Source: Eledone cirrhosa (Eukaryota). Taken from it: a stretch of 64,000 bases of DNA. Each line of letters opens with the position of its first letter. The first letter of the stretch is position 1. The stretch lies in NCBI GenBank assembly GCA_964016885.1, contig CAXHJY010000684.1:21308-85307 (forward strand), given 5' to 3'. Under the pieces are notes generated by a model, which was not told the DNA's origin, ran no database searches, and saw nothing but the letters and a program-made list of their open reading frames with translations. The position numbers and the translations under genes are program-made. Shown one piece after another: positions 1-12,899 of the stretch.

Positions 1-965
1 TTTATTAATGGATATTTTACTGCATTTAAAAAAAAATATCCTAATTGACTTCATATTGTCTTGTTGTTGTTGACGGAGAAAAGACATTGAGACAAATGGC
101 AGTAAGAGAATTCACCAGCCAAATTATATATGCAAACGTGAACATTTTCCCTTGCATTGTGGACATTTTTCTCATTATCTATCAAATTGTAAACATTCTG
201 TGAGGAAATTTCTAGATCAATTTGTTTCCGCTAATACAAAATAATTTATATTGGGAAGTGATAGTAACCATGTTGATGGTTATGATGACTTTAATAGAGT
301 TTGTTTTGTTAGAGGAGGATAGTGGCAATTATTGTGAAGTAGATGATGATGATGATGATGATGATGATTGCTATCACTAAGGTTGTCAATATAACCACTG
401 CCGTTATCTTTTATAATCAACATCATCGCTCTTATATCCAAGTACATCATAATCATCGTCATCATCACCACCTTCATCACTAACATCCTACTCATTCTCA
501 TCATTATCATTATCATCATCATCATCATCTTCATCATCAACAAGATCATCATCATCATTCTCAATAAAAACAACAGCAACAACGTCATCGTCATCATTTC
601 TAACTGATATTTTCAAGCAATATTGACAAAGTAACATTTGAAAGAAAAGGATTTTTTTAGAATGTACATACTACTATAAAATATTCATAATTTCCATTGA
701 TGAGCCCCTTTCAAGTTCTTTTTGATTCTTCTCTTAAAATTTCTCACTTTTATCTCTTACTCTCTTGCACTCTCCCCCAATTTCACTGTCACACTGGCTT
801 TCTCTCCCCAAAGACTATCTTCTAAAGCAAACACATCTTACTACATGCACACAGCTGCAACAAGGACATAACACAACAGAGAAACCATCTTGAAAAAAAA
901 TCATGTAAATCTGAGGCAGATAAGCCATTTTACATGTTCATTGACACCCACAAGCATTAGTCAAC

Positions 966-1021
<56 letters not shown>

Positions 1022-1077
1022 ACATATATATTTATATATGTATATATATTTATATAATTATATATATATAAATATAT

Positions 1078-1112
<35 letters not shown>

Positions 1113-1960
1113 TGGTACATATATATATATATATATATATAAATATACATATATGGTACATATATATATATATATATATGCGTATATGCGTTTGTGTGTA
1201 AGTGTTTTTGTGTTTATGTATGACTTTGTTTGTACGCTTGGTTGAGCTGCTGGGTATGTAATTTCTGTCTTTTTTAAATATTTTTTTAAACTATTACCTC
1301 CTTATGTATCACAAGAAAATTATTTTTGTTTCAATGTCGATAACATTGCTGATAGTTATCAAAATATTTGAGAAGAAAGACCGACTGCATCGGCAGCCAT
1401 TTAAATCCCAGGTGACATCATTGCATACCTGAGAAATAATGGATTATTATAAGAAATACTTTATGTCTAGTTCTTGTCATTTTATTTCTATTTTTTATCT
1501 CATATATTGTTGTTGTTAATATTTGATTTTACTTCATCATCATCATCATCATCATCATTTTTTTGTTTTTGTTGTTGTTGTTGCTGTTGTCGTCGTCGTC
1601 GTCGTTGTTGTTGTTGTTGTTATCATCATCATCATCATCATCATTATTATTGCTATTTAGCAGATAGAAAGGAAAGTAAGGATGAAGTATAGGTTGGGGG
1701 AGATTGCGTCGTGGTTAAAATTATATATTCACAATATATTACTTGTACACTCATACATCATATTCGCGGGTAGCCGAAATCCTGTAGGGTGTATTGATAG
1801 GCCTTGTGTGACTGTATCCCTATTGATACCTAAAGAAACAATAGTTATATATTTATAATTTGCATTGGTTTTTCTCATTTCGCTTTCGTATTGGTTTATC
1901 CCTTTATGATACCCATATAGTTTATAAAGACATTGTTGTTATTATTGTTATTCTTCGAAA

Positions 1961-2224
1961 TTAACTTTGCCTTTCATCATTACGGTGTCGATAAAATAAA
2001 GTACCAGTAATGAACTGGAATAATTGCTGAGGGCAAGGGGGTGGATTGGCAGTATCGGTAGAGGGTCGGACGCCATGCTTTGCAGCAACGAGTTACGGCC
2101 CTTTATGGTCTGAGTTCAAATCCCGCCGAGGTTAACTTTGCCTTTCATCATTACAGGGTCGATAAAATAAAGTACCAGTAATACACTTGGTAATTGATGG
2201 CCTTGTGCCAAAAGTAGAAACAAT
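1961..2224 (+). mobile_element. SINE family A: partial copy (1961-2029) followed by a full copy (2039-2224)
   Basis: A-box-like TGGCAGTATCGG, B-box GAGTTCAAATCC, core ACTTTGCCTTTCATC..GGGTCGATAAAATAAAGTACCAGT, 3' end GGCCTTGTGCCAAAAGTAGAAACA plus (ATT)n tail; the same sequence recurs throughout the window. Confidence 0.9.
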
Positions 2225-2244
2225 TATTATTATTATTGTTATTT

Positions 2245-3138
2245 TTATTTTCTTTCATTATTGTTTCTGATAATAAATTTACAGTGTGCATTGGTAAGCC
2301 AGTTAATACAGCACATTGATTGTAATTAAAAAAAAAATAATAACATTATACATATATACACATGTGCATATGCATATGTAAATACAAGGAGGGATATCAA
2401 TCTTACAGAGATAGTGCTCTTCTCAATACGTGTGCAGTACCAGTCAAAACAATTCTTTGCACCTCGTGCAGAGAGAGTAAACCAGGAATCATTCGCAAAT
2501 ATTGTTCTGTTCCTTTCTTGATCATTCCCAGTCCTCCCACAATCACTGGTATTGTAACTGCCTGGAGGTGCCACATTTTCTCAATTTCAATAAGCAGATC
2601 TTTATATTTTCGTAGCTTGTCAAATTCTTTTGCCGCGATATTGTGTTCACATGGGATGCTCATATCTATCAATAAACAGACCTTGTTATGTTGATCGTTT
2701 ACAATGATGTCAGGTCTATTTGCTTTTATGGTCCTGTCAGTATGTACAGGAAAGTCCCAGAGAATTGTTACTTTTTCTCCTTCAGATACAGCCTCAGGGT
2801 GATGATTGTACCACTTGTCTTCAGCTTTGATTTTGAAATGCCGACATATTACCCAGTGTAGATATTGGCCAACTCTGTCATGTCTATATTTGTATTCTAC
2901 TCTCCGCCTTTAGCCCGGAACTGCGTAGCCACAGATGGGTGTGCTTTTGGTTAACATCAGCTTGTTTGCTACGGGCCACATATTTGTCATGCAGAGGTTT
3001 CTGCTCCCAATTTGATGCTAATTGTCCTTGCCCTTTTGCTTTTGCCAGTCATTTTATGTGCCTAACAGCATCAATTGAAACAGTTTGTTTAGTCTGTCCA
3101 GCCTGGGTATCAAGCTTGCGATCAGTAGCATATTTTTT
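2245..3138 (-). mobile_element. R4/Dong-like non-LTR retrotransposon 3' fragment (restriction-like endonuclease domain), internally deleted
   Basis: Minus strand reads WEQKPLHDKY...HLWLRSSGLKAE, frameshift, VEYKYRHDRVGQYLHW...ILWDFPVHTDRTIKANRPDIIV...LIDMSIP...KLRKYKDL...VIPVIVGGLG; stop at 2403; bounded by (TTA)n. Confidence 0.85.
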
Positions 3139-3179
3139 GTTATTATTATTGTTATTATTATTATTATTATTATTATTGT

Positions 3180-3640
3180 TCTTTGAGTCTCAGTCATTGA
3201 TGTTATTTAACTGGAAAGTTTGTTGAAATGAATATCAAGCCACTACCTGCAGCCTCAGATATTCAGGACGTATCGGAGGGTTCTTGCTGTTCCCAGCAAG
3301 CATGCCTTTTGAAGCGTTCCAAAAAGCGTGGCGGGGCCAATTTTCTTTAACCATCCCTGGAAACTTTTTGAGATAGTACCTAGTGCGCCTATGACAATCG
3401 GGACCACTTTGATTTCATGGCAGTTCCAAATCCTTTTTACTTCCCACTTTAAGTCCTGGTATCGGTTAATTTTCTCCCTCTCCTTCTCTTGCACTCTCGT
3501 GTCGAATGGGCAGGCCTCATCCACAATCAGGCACGATCTTTTTTCCTTGTCCAAAACCACCAGGTCAGGTCTATTGTGTTCCAGTTTCTTGTCCGTCTGT
3601 ATCCTAAAATCCCACAGCACCTTCACCTGATCGTTTTCTA
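3180..3640 (-). mobile_element. Second R4/Dong-like RLE retrotransposon 3' fragment (different subfamily)
   Basis: KVLWDFRIQTDKKLEHNRPDLVV...IVDEACPFD...EKINRYQDL...VVPIVIGALG (PD-(D/E)xK RLE motifs); (TTA)n on both sides. Confidence 0.88.
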
Positions 3641-3660
3641 TATTATTATTATTATTATTA

Positions 3661-3777
3661 TGATCTGAGTTCAAATCCCGCCGAGGTTAACTTTGCCTTT
3701 CATCCTTCCGGGGTCGATAGAATAAAGTACCAGTAATGCATTGGGTAATTGCTGGCCTTGTGCCAAAAGTAGAAACA

Positions 3778-3810
<33 letters not shown>
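3661..3810 (+). mobile_element. SINE family A, 5'-truncated
   Basis: B box, core and tail, then (ATT)n. Confidence 0.9.
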
Positions 3811-3813
<3 letters not shown>

Positions 3814-5237
3814 TACTGTTATTTTTGTTGTTGCTGTTGTTATACGTATCGGGCGTGCTTCGCCTTGTTCTCAGTAATGTGTTGAATTTTACCAAGTTTC
3901 ATTTAACTAAACAAATTTTCTATTGTGGAGTATTTACAAACAAGGGATTCTGGAGTTTTCGGACGTCAACCCCATTACCTTGGGGCGGACAAAAAGGTCT
4001 GTGTTTTAAGCATTTTTGAAATTTTATATATATACTTATTTGCAACATTTTCAAGATGGCCCCTTCGTCAGAAGTAGCGTTGAGAAGTAATTTCTATATA
4101 ATTAACTAACACAAATCTCGCCCATAAAATTATTGGAAAAGAAAAAAAATATGTTTGAAAGTTCTAAAAGTAAAAGCACAGACTAAAACAAGACAGCAAA
4201 GAAAAATGGTGACATTCAAACAAATAGATATGTTTACAAATATAAGCGTACGCAGTGATACTTTGAATACCTAGAGGAAAATATAAAGGAATACTTCTAA
4301 AATGTAGATACAGACCCTGCTTTTACAATTCTCATCCCCGTCGACAATAACAAAAACAGTTTTGTTTTAGTTTTATACACAAATAAATAAAAATCTCTAA
4401 ACATTGGTCGGATCGATTGAAATTTTAAGATTGAGAGAGATATTACAACATTTCCACCACTTTGTATCAAGATTTTATCGAAAATAAAGGGGTAAGGCGG
4501 AGTGTAACATACATCTGCTTCTCAAAAAACTTAGGAGCATTCACTGCACCATCATGGGCACACTAAAATTAAATTATTGTCATTGTCTGGGGTAATCTCG
4601 TTTCCTGAGTCCAAGGTACGACATAGGGGTGTGATTTTCTTGGTTTCGAAATCAAGGACGAGGTAAAGCATCAGGCTTAGTTGGTATACTTGCCTACATG
4701 CTCGTACCTTAAATATATGAATATATTGACGAAATTTAAACTAACGAGTAAACGAAGGAATCCATTTGTTATCGATGAATTAGTTAAAACTAGCAGAATG
4801 GCCCGGCGTTGTTCGGTATTTTCTCTAGGGTTCTTATATATTTGATATATATTTATCCTTCTCAAGCTTCGTGAAGTAAATACGTTTGTTTATATTTTGT
4901 TATTGAGTATGCAAAAATATCTGTACGCGAATATATATATAACAGTACAGAGAAGTACGGAATACCTTGGCCTCGGGTTGCTGTCTACATTTTGTGCTTA
5001 TAAAAAAAAATTCGTCGTACATTACCAGAGTTTTTTCCGTTCGAAGAAAATCAATAGTTTTTCGCGAAATAAATACTTTTGTTTATATGTGTATGCAAAA
5101 ATATCTGTACACGAATGTATAATTATAATTATATATATATATATTAAAATAACAGATTAAAGTTTAAGCAAAGAATCGCAGTTTTCACCCTTAACGGGAT
5201 CTTCTGAAACTAGAATAATAAATCTGTGATTTATTAT

Positions 5238-5274
<37 letters not shown>

Positions 5275-5329
5275 TCGTTTCTGAAATTGTTTAGCAAGAT
5301 TCTTTACCTGAAAACGTGCGTTGAAACCG

Positions 5330-5503
5330 ATATTGTTATGCTTTGGGAGGGTCATGTTTCCAATAAGAAACACACGCACCAGTTGCTTTCACGCCAATTT
5401 ATTATAAATTAAATTAATAAATTTAATTTATAATAAATTGGAGTGAAAGCATGGCGCGTGTGTTTCTTATTGGCAACATGACCCTCCCAAAGCATAACAA
5501 TAT
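5330..5503. repeat. Fold-back inverted repeat (arms 5330-5415 and 5420-5503) in a (TA)n-bounded island
   Basis: ATATTGTTATGCTTTGGGAGGGTCATG...AAATT is mirrored with few mismatches around a 4-nt spacer; the left part recurs without a long mirror arm at 27993-28130. Confidence 0.9.
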
Positions 5504-5601
5504 ATATATATATATATATATATACACTATACACACACACACACACACAGCGTCATAATGACGTAGTGCAGACAGCCAGGCATACAGACAGATATTATAA
5601 T

Positions 5602-5639
5602 TGTTTCTACTTTTGGCACAAGGCCAGCAATTACCCAAT
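5602..5639 (-). mobile_element. SINE family A, 38-bp tail-only insertion with 14-bp TSD
   Basis: TSD ACAGATATTATAAT at 5588-5601 and 5640-5653. Confidence 0.85.
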
Positions 5640-6285
5640 ACAGATATTATAATGGCGCAACGTTATATCTATGTATTTATCTAAAAAGAGAAAGACTAAG
5701 AATTATAGAGATAGATCGCTAAATCGCCTAATGCGATCCCTAGGTGATTGAACATTTGAAATCTTTTGAAATTGAATATTTGAAATTTTTTTGCTCAAAA
5801 CACTCACGGGACCATAAGTATTACATGTGTAAAGTTTGAAAAAACTCGGTTGGGTGGTTCTCGAGTTTTAGTGATTGGACAGACAGACAGACAAACAGAC
5901 ATTCTCTGTTTTAGTAATATAGATAATCGCACAAACGACCTTAAAAGAGAATGGTCATATTGGATAATCCTGCAGCTAATATACATTAACATTAAATAGG
6001 GTGGTCATGGTTTGAAAACCTTTGGTTGTAGGTATACTCAGCCAGGACTGATATATGGCTAAATATGATAAAGAACAACTACAACTGCATTTCCAAAATT
6101 GCCTGATGGAGAAATATCAGATGATACTGACAGAAACAAACGAATCCCAATATCCCTATAACGAAGTTTTAGATACACGAAGCCTGAATGAAATACTGGA
6201 TGGTCATAACTGGAACACGTTTGATCAAGACTTACTTGGAGCGAAACAACAATAACAACAATAAGTGATCTGAATATGACATCCA

Positions 6286-6374
6286 ATAATTGTTTCTACT
6301 CATGGCACAAGGCCAGAAATTACCCAGTGCATTACTGGTACTTTATTTTATCGACCCCGTAAGGATGAAAGGCA
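6286..6374 (-). mobile_element. SINE family A, core and tail fragment
   Basis: Reverse complement of the core and tail. Confidence 0.85.
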
Positions 6375-6523
6375 GTGAGCCAGTGTGTGAAACATAATGC
6401 AAATCTACTCCATTTTTTTGTAACACTTGCTAGAGAAACGGTTAATTCATAGGTGTGTGTAACGCATACGTATGGTGCATGCATATATGTGTACATAGGT
6501 GAATAGTATGTCTGTCTGCTTAC

Positions 6524-6805
6524 AAAGTCTAAAGTCTCTCTTAAGCCAGAGGCTCGTTAGGCCGGTGCTTATTCCGGTTTCATGGTGTGAAGTGACTGAG
6601 AGTACAATACCCACCTGTTCAGGACGCCAGTCCATCGTGGTGTTAAACACCCAGCTATTGCTGGTATTCGTTTTCAGCTGAGTATACTGGAGCAACGTGA
6701 AATGAAGTGTTTTGCTCAAGAACACAACACGCAACCCAGGAATCGAACCCATGACATTATGATCATAACTCCAACACCGTTACCACTAGGCCACGTGCCT
6801 TCACC
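6524..6805 (-). mobile_element. SINE family B (tRNA-derived head)
   Basis: Minus strand has A box TGGCCTAGTGG, B box GGTTCGATTCC, then TTGTGTTCTTGAGCAAAACACTT...GATGGACTGGCGTCC...GAAACCGGAATAAGCACCGGCC and a repeated AGACTTT tail; second copy at 49948-50197. Confidence 0.8.
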
Positions 6806-7025
6806 TACTTACATAATTGCTTCTAATTTAGGTACACGTTGACTAATTTGAAGAAAAGTTGAACATTATTTAAATTGACCACTGTTTAACTGGAATTTTA
6901 TTGTATCAACCACGGAGGATGGAAGGTAAATCTGAACTTGATGGGAGTTGCACTTAATCTAAAAGATGCAAAGCATTTTGTTCAACACATATTCTACTAA
7001 TCCACCGCCCATGCGTGTATATACT

Positions 7026-7158
7026 TAATTGTTTCTATTTTTGGCACAAGACCAGCAATTATATCAGTGCTTACTTTATTTTATCGACACCGTAAGGATG
7101 AAAGGCAAAGTTAACCTCGGCGGGATTCGAACTCAGAATGGCAAGAACCGTAACTCTA
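7026..7158 (-). mobile_element. SINE family A, 5'-truncated
   Basis: Reverse complement of B box, core and tail. Confidence 0.85.
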
Positions 7159-7630
7159 ATGTTCGTTGTAATCTTCTTTATAATGAATTGTTGCTATATT
7201 ATTATTATTAACATCTATATATATATATGTATATATTATTCAGCGAGAAGCGACATACACCAATATGTAAACAGTCTTCTAGCCATATCTGCTGATTCAA
7301 CTCTCATTTTGAAGCTCTTTTACTTTGCGAACATCATTTTATTTGTGCAAAGTAAGACGTAAACCATTTAACACCACATTCTTTCCCCGTCAAAGGATAT
7401 AAAAGCCAGTGGCTGAACAAAAGACCATCATATATCAGCTCGAAATATTGACACATTATGGATTCGAATTTGATATTTCTAGCTTTGAAATTCACTATTT
7501 CTACGAATTCCTATTCCACTGAAATTGATGCTCCTTTTCATCGATATAAACTGATAATATAAAGTACCAGGATTACTTACACATTCTACTATTCAAATAA
7601 CTTCCGAGTGACACTTCAACGGAGCTCATT

Positions 7631-7836
7631 CGGTGGATTGGCAGTAGGGCGGTGGATTGGCAGTATCGGTAGAGGGTCGGAAGCCATGCTTTCCAGCATA
7701 GTTACGTCCCTTTACGATTTGAGTTCAAATCCCGCCGAGGTTGACTTTGCCTTTCATCTTTACGGGGTCGATAAAATAAAGTACCAGTAATGCACTGGGT
7801 AATTGCTGGCCTTGTTCCTAAAGTAGAAACAATTAT
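7631..7836 (+). mobile_element. SINE family A, full length with duplicated first ~16 nt
   Basis: CGGTGGATTGGCAGTA directly repeated before the full head. Confidence 0.9.
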
Positions 7837-7904
7837 TACATTATCACTAAAGCAGAAATACAAGCGCGCAAAATTTCTTGCGGGCTTTTAAACATATATT
7901 TATT

Positions 7905-8050
7905 GTTTTATTTCAAATCCCCCTGGGGTCGAATTTTCCTTTTCATCCATTTGGAGTCGATACAAGGAAAACCAATCCACTACTAGTTTTAATTCAATCG
8001 ATTATACCCATTCCTTAAAATGACCTTGTGCCTATGTTAGAAATTATTAT
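7905..8050 (+). mobile_element. Older, longer SINE A-related subfamily copy
   Basis: Diverged B box and core plus an extra AATCGATT...CCC segment before the tail. Confidence 0.65.
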
Positions 8051-9776
8051 TATTATTATTATTATTGTTATCATCATCATCATCATCGTCGTCATCCTCA
8101 TCATCATCGTCATCATCATCATCATCATCATTGAAAATATTTCTACTACCAGAACATATCCTTCTCTCTTCCTCCTTTAGCTAAAACTATTCATGTATAT
8201 TTCAGCTTGTTTCTATTGATGCTTTCATTTGTGTTCTACTTTTAGACTAGAGAAGCTAAACTATTTCTGTCCTCACAATAGTTTTGAAAGCGATAAAGAC
8301 GTTTGTTTTGCTAGCCACGAAGACGTTTGTTTTGCTATATTTCCTTTGTTATATATTTAAAAGCATCTTTTTATTACTTCTTTTCCTTTATGCTGATGAT
8401 ATAGCAAAATATTTCAGGCTTCATAGCACGACACTTACTAAAATGTATTGTTGCTATATAAAAGAAATCATTATTTTGTTGAAATTCTACTTCTCTCATG
8501 GATAGTTTCTATGTGTTTATTGCGCCCTGGCTTCTGCGCATGCCAATGTGTGTTTGTATTTATTTTCTGTTTATGATTTCATAGTTTTATGTATTATCTT
8601 ATGAATATTATTTTCCTTAGAATGCTTACACATTCTGATGAATACTATATTTTATAGTTCATCTAAGGAGAGTGAACTACAGAGCCAACGATCGCTAACG
8701 TTTTCTTCATCCCAAGCCTTATATTACCAACGGTTTCTTCTTTGACAGCTTTCTATGCTTCTATCCTCTATATTTTCATTATCTTATTTCAGATCACCGT
8801 ACTATAAATGCTTTACAATAGCTTTTCACATTTTATATATACAATTTCTAACTCCTATACACTTCAGTGATTGAATTTTATCCTATAGTATATATTAATA
8901 ATATATTTCAAAGAATTACTATATTATTATTTATAACTACCACTAGTTTATACAGGAACTAAAATTGCTTCGGTTTGACTACCTCCGTGTTATACTCCGG
9001 AGATACTAGCAGCCATATTCATATAATTGATATAAATGCAAATATTCGTATTTAGTCTAAAATATGAAATGTTCACAAAGTGCTGGCGATTTTATGTTGC
9101 AGCCATTTCATTTCTCTTATACTATTAAGGATTTTGGCAATATATTAAGGTATATCTCACAAGCTATTCCTCTCTTAAAGACTTAAATTTAACAGTACGC
9201 ACGGTTATGTAATTTTTTATGTATTTTTCTATGGCTGCTGTTAACCTTTCCCTTTTAACATAAAGCACACAAAATGATTTCAGTATCTTTATGTAATTGG
9301 GTTTTCGAGTTATATAGGTTTATAAAGTACAACAGATAACTTACAGAAGCAGTGGAGATACAAGAGGATCAACTATATTTTTCATAGCTTTGGGCAGTGG
9401 AAAGATAGATTATACGTTGGGGACTATACAAGTAAAATTCATCCCTGCTACAAATTCTTCTAATGTATGATGCAATGAAGTAATGACCCATCCCGTGTTC
9501 TTCATCAAAGCGTCTTCGAATATTCGAACTCATAACATATCCATAATCTTGTGTAATCGAACCGATAAATAACAACACCACGAAGTGTGTGGTATGGTCC
9601 ATGCAATATTATGTATGTACCTTAGGGCTACTAAATCAGAACACTCCTGGAGATACACACTGCTTGAAAGAATAAAATTGCACCTATATTTTAAGTAAAG
9701 CATATTATTTTAAAAGTTTAAAAGCTTTTCAAAACAATTCCTTGAAACTCATTCTCAAACAACGGCATACAGATTT

Positions 9777-9828
9777 AATGCACTGGGTAATTGCTGGCCT
9801 TGTGCCTAAAGTAGAAACAGTTATTATT
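9777..9828 (+). mobile_element. SINE family A, tail-only fragment
   Basis: AATGCACTGGGTAATTGCTGGCCTTGTGCCTAAAGTAGAAACA. Confidence 0.8.
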
Positions 9829-10241
9829 TAGAGTATGATACTGATTATCATACATGTTGTAATAAAGTAATTGTGCGAATCATATTTGATAATATTAAGG
9901 AATACCTTATAGTAATGATTATATTATAGGTAATATTACATTTATAATACACATAATTGTCACCCAAGCAGCTTACAATTCTTTATATAAACATTGAACA
10001 CAAAACACAAACACACGCGCACACACAGACACATACAGACACACACGCACACACACACATATATATATGAGTTAAATGAAGAAATATATATATATATCTT
10101 TACACAAGTATTGATATACATATATATATATACAAAGAGGTCCAACCGATACTGAGTGTTGCTCTATGAAAGAATTAACAAAGATCAACCCATTCAGAGC
10201 TTAATATAATATTATCTGGGAGAAGCAAACAAGATATGATT

Positions 10242-10370
10242 TTACGTCCCTTTACGATCTGAGTTCAAATCCCGCCGAGGTTGACTTTGCCTTTCATCCT
10301 TACGGGGTCGATAAAATAAAGTACCAGTAATACACTGGGTAATTGCTGGCCTTGTGCCTAACGTAGAAAC

Positions 10371-10374
<4 letters not shown>
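10242..10374 (+). mobile_element. SINE family A, 5'-truncated, running into a ~200 bp (TA)n tract
   Basis: Near-consensus B box, core and tail. Confidence 0.9.
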
Positions 10375-10463
<89 letters not shown>

Positions 10464-10473
10464 TATACATATA

Positions 10474-10561
<88 letters not shown>

Positions 10562-10662
10562 TATATATATGTATGTAAAAGGTAAACAAAAATAACAAAC
10601 ACAATCGGTACAGTATATGGAAGGGATATATTAAGTTTTCGCTTGAAATAGTAGTAAGAGGG

Positions 10663-10698
10663 TTTTAACGTTTCGGACGCTAGTCCTTCATCAGAAGA
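10663..10698 (-). ncRNA. Minimal type-I hammerhead ribozyme motif
   Basis: Minus strand TT-CTGATGA-A-GGAC(TAGC)GTCC-GAAA-CG-TT-AA: intact core, 4-bp stem II, palindromic AACGTT in place of stem III; stem I weak; island bounded by (TA)n. Confidence 0.6.
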
Positions 10699-10881
10699 AA
10701 GAATGAGAAATTAGATAGATTGAACAAACAGGCGGGTTGGAATTGGAAAAAATGTCTTTAGATAAAAATAACCGGTCCATTCATGTTGACATTTCTTGAT
10801 ATATATATATATATATACATGTATAGATGCGCCTACGGACGCATTTACCTTGCAATCCTACAACTATGTCTATATATATAT

Positions 10882-11173
10882 AGTACATTATGAAGAGAGA
10901 AGAAACATTTAGATATAATTAGTGATAAGATGTATCATACCTAAACTGCTTCTAGATTCCTCGACTACGTAGTTTCGTGGCATAATCAAAAACAATACAT
11001 CATAGAGATATAGAGCCTTTGTGAGGTCTGCCGACTTATCAAGAGGATACCTCATTTTACTAGTTTCAAGAACACGTCTATAAGATGTAGTCGAGGAATC
11101 TAGAAGCAGTTTAGGTATGATACATCTTATTACTAATTATATCTAAATGTTTCTTCTCTCTTCATAATGTACT
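10882..11173. repeat. Inverted repeat, 87-bp arms (10882-10968 and 11087-11173)
   Basis: One mismatch seen between the arms; left arm begins at a (TA)n run. Confidence 0.92.
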
Positions 11174-12899
11174 TTTGGCTCTGATACTGGTTCAGTCTAA
11201 TCCATTCGGATTGGTTTGTCCCAGTTATTCATAGAGCAACATCGGTTAAGGTTGGCACCATTAACTCAAGGATGGATGTGGATATATTCATGTATATGTG
11301 TGTGTCCGCATGTATCTGTGTGTTTCTCAATATATTGTATATATATATATAGAGAGAGAGATAGAGAGAGAGAATATTTGACGTCTCCATCTAATGTCCT
11401 TTCGGATGTCATTGTTTTAGAGAATAAAAACTGTATTCAGTCATAAGCTTCTTTTTACCATATTTTATTTTGAGCAACTTTTTCAAAGACTTCTTGTTTG
11501 AAATTTATAATTGTTTCAGCCATTTTGCTTTCACGCGTTCAACTAATGAAACGTTTCCGGAAATTAAACGGCCAAGTTTCATTGATTAAGTTTCAAATAA
11601 TCAATTTCATTGTTCTGAGAGAACATTGCAACAATACAAGAATTAAATGCAGTTCGGAGTACCCAACCAGTTACTCAACCGTATCTTAATGCATTTAACT
11701 ATCCATCCACCGAGAAACACGGACACATCTTTGTAATCTTTATTTTCTCATTCTCTTTTTTTTTCTCTTCACTAAAATGTTCGATTTATACTGTCTCTAC
11801 AAAAAAATGTATATATATATATATATATATCCATCCATTTTCCATTTATCAATCTGACCGGTCAACCAACCAATTATATTAATTCATTAGGATATCCATC
11901 TTTTCCATCTATCCATTCAATCCTTTAACCATTGTTCTATCTATCCATCCGTCTATCCATTCATCTACCCACATATTATCCATCAAACCATCCACCCATC
12001 AGTCAATCGATCCATCCATTCATCAACAAGCAAGCCAATCAGCCATCTAGCCTGCTGATCATCAATCCGTTTCCAGAAATATCAACTTCCTCGACCCATG
12101 CATTATCAGTTCATTCATATTGTAAATAGCAACACATTTTCATTATTGATTTTTTCCCCCCAACAACGTTTATGGGGGGGGGGGGTACTGGAACAATAAA
12201 CAGGAAACTTCCATTCTATGTTTCAATCAATGTAGTCGCAGTTTCGATTTGATTTCATATGAATGTATCTCATTTATGTTTTCTACTACAAATAATGTTT
12301 AGCTTTAGTTCAAAGCCAGAATTAGGAGACCTATCATATTGTACCTACCACATAGCTGGTACATATTTCAACAATCCCAACAGTAAAATCGACATTATAC
12401 AAAAAAAAATGACGTTTGTGTGCAGAATGTTAGTGGGAATAGTTAGCTATTCTCCAAAATGTTTGTAAGCTGTTTTTCAGTATTGAGAGGTGATTGCGTA
12501 ACATTTATGGTGTGAGCGTTTAGTTAAATATTGGAAGGTCATTGTGTATAACTTTCGGCTATGAACAAATGCCTCAGAAAATGCTTGTGTACCTGAACAA
12601 ATATAATCTTGTCAGCTGGAACCAAAATCAAGTGGTTGTGGTGACAAATAGTAATTATTATCTTTCCAAACCTCACAGATATTAAACAAGAGAAGATTCA
12701 TTTCACGCCATCGTACAGTTAGGTTCTTTAAATATATCGATGACAGCCAACGAGCCTTCATATCATGTCGGCAACATGAATCGAATTTGTCATTACAAAA
12801 TACAAAGTAAAAATATTACTATTTACGGTGTGATGCACGTTTTCCTGTATTGTGTTGAGTGTGTAATATATGAGCTATGTTATTGTGTTACTATGATCT

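Larger units (their letters stand above)
4790..5923 (-). mobile_element. Non-autonomous Helitron-like element with nested insertions
   Basis: Minus strand starts A|TCTATATTACT followed by (GTCT)n; ends with GC-rich CCGAACAACGCCGGG (imperfect hairpin) then CTAG|T; inserted between A and T without TSD. Confidence 0.65.

Noticed and set aside
5308-5332. CTGAAAACGTGCGTTGAAACCGATA as a hammerhead
   Set aside because: The core lacks the conserved GA in both copies (also 28028) and there is no stem I.
8635-8664. CTGATGA followed by a hairpin as a hammerhead
   Set aside because: No GAAA after the hairpin; the sequence instead mirrors back (GATGAA...TTCATC).
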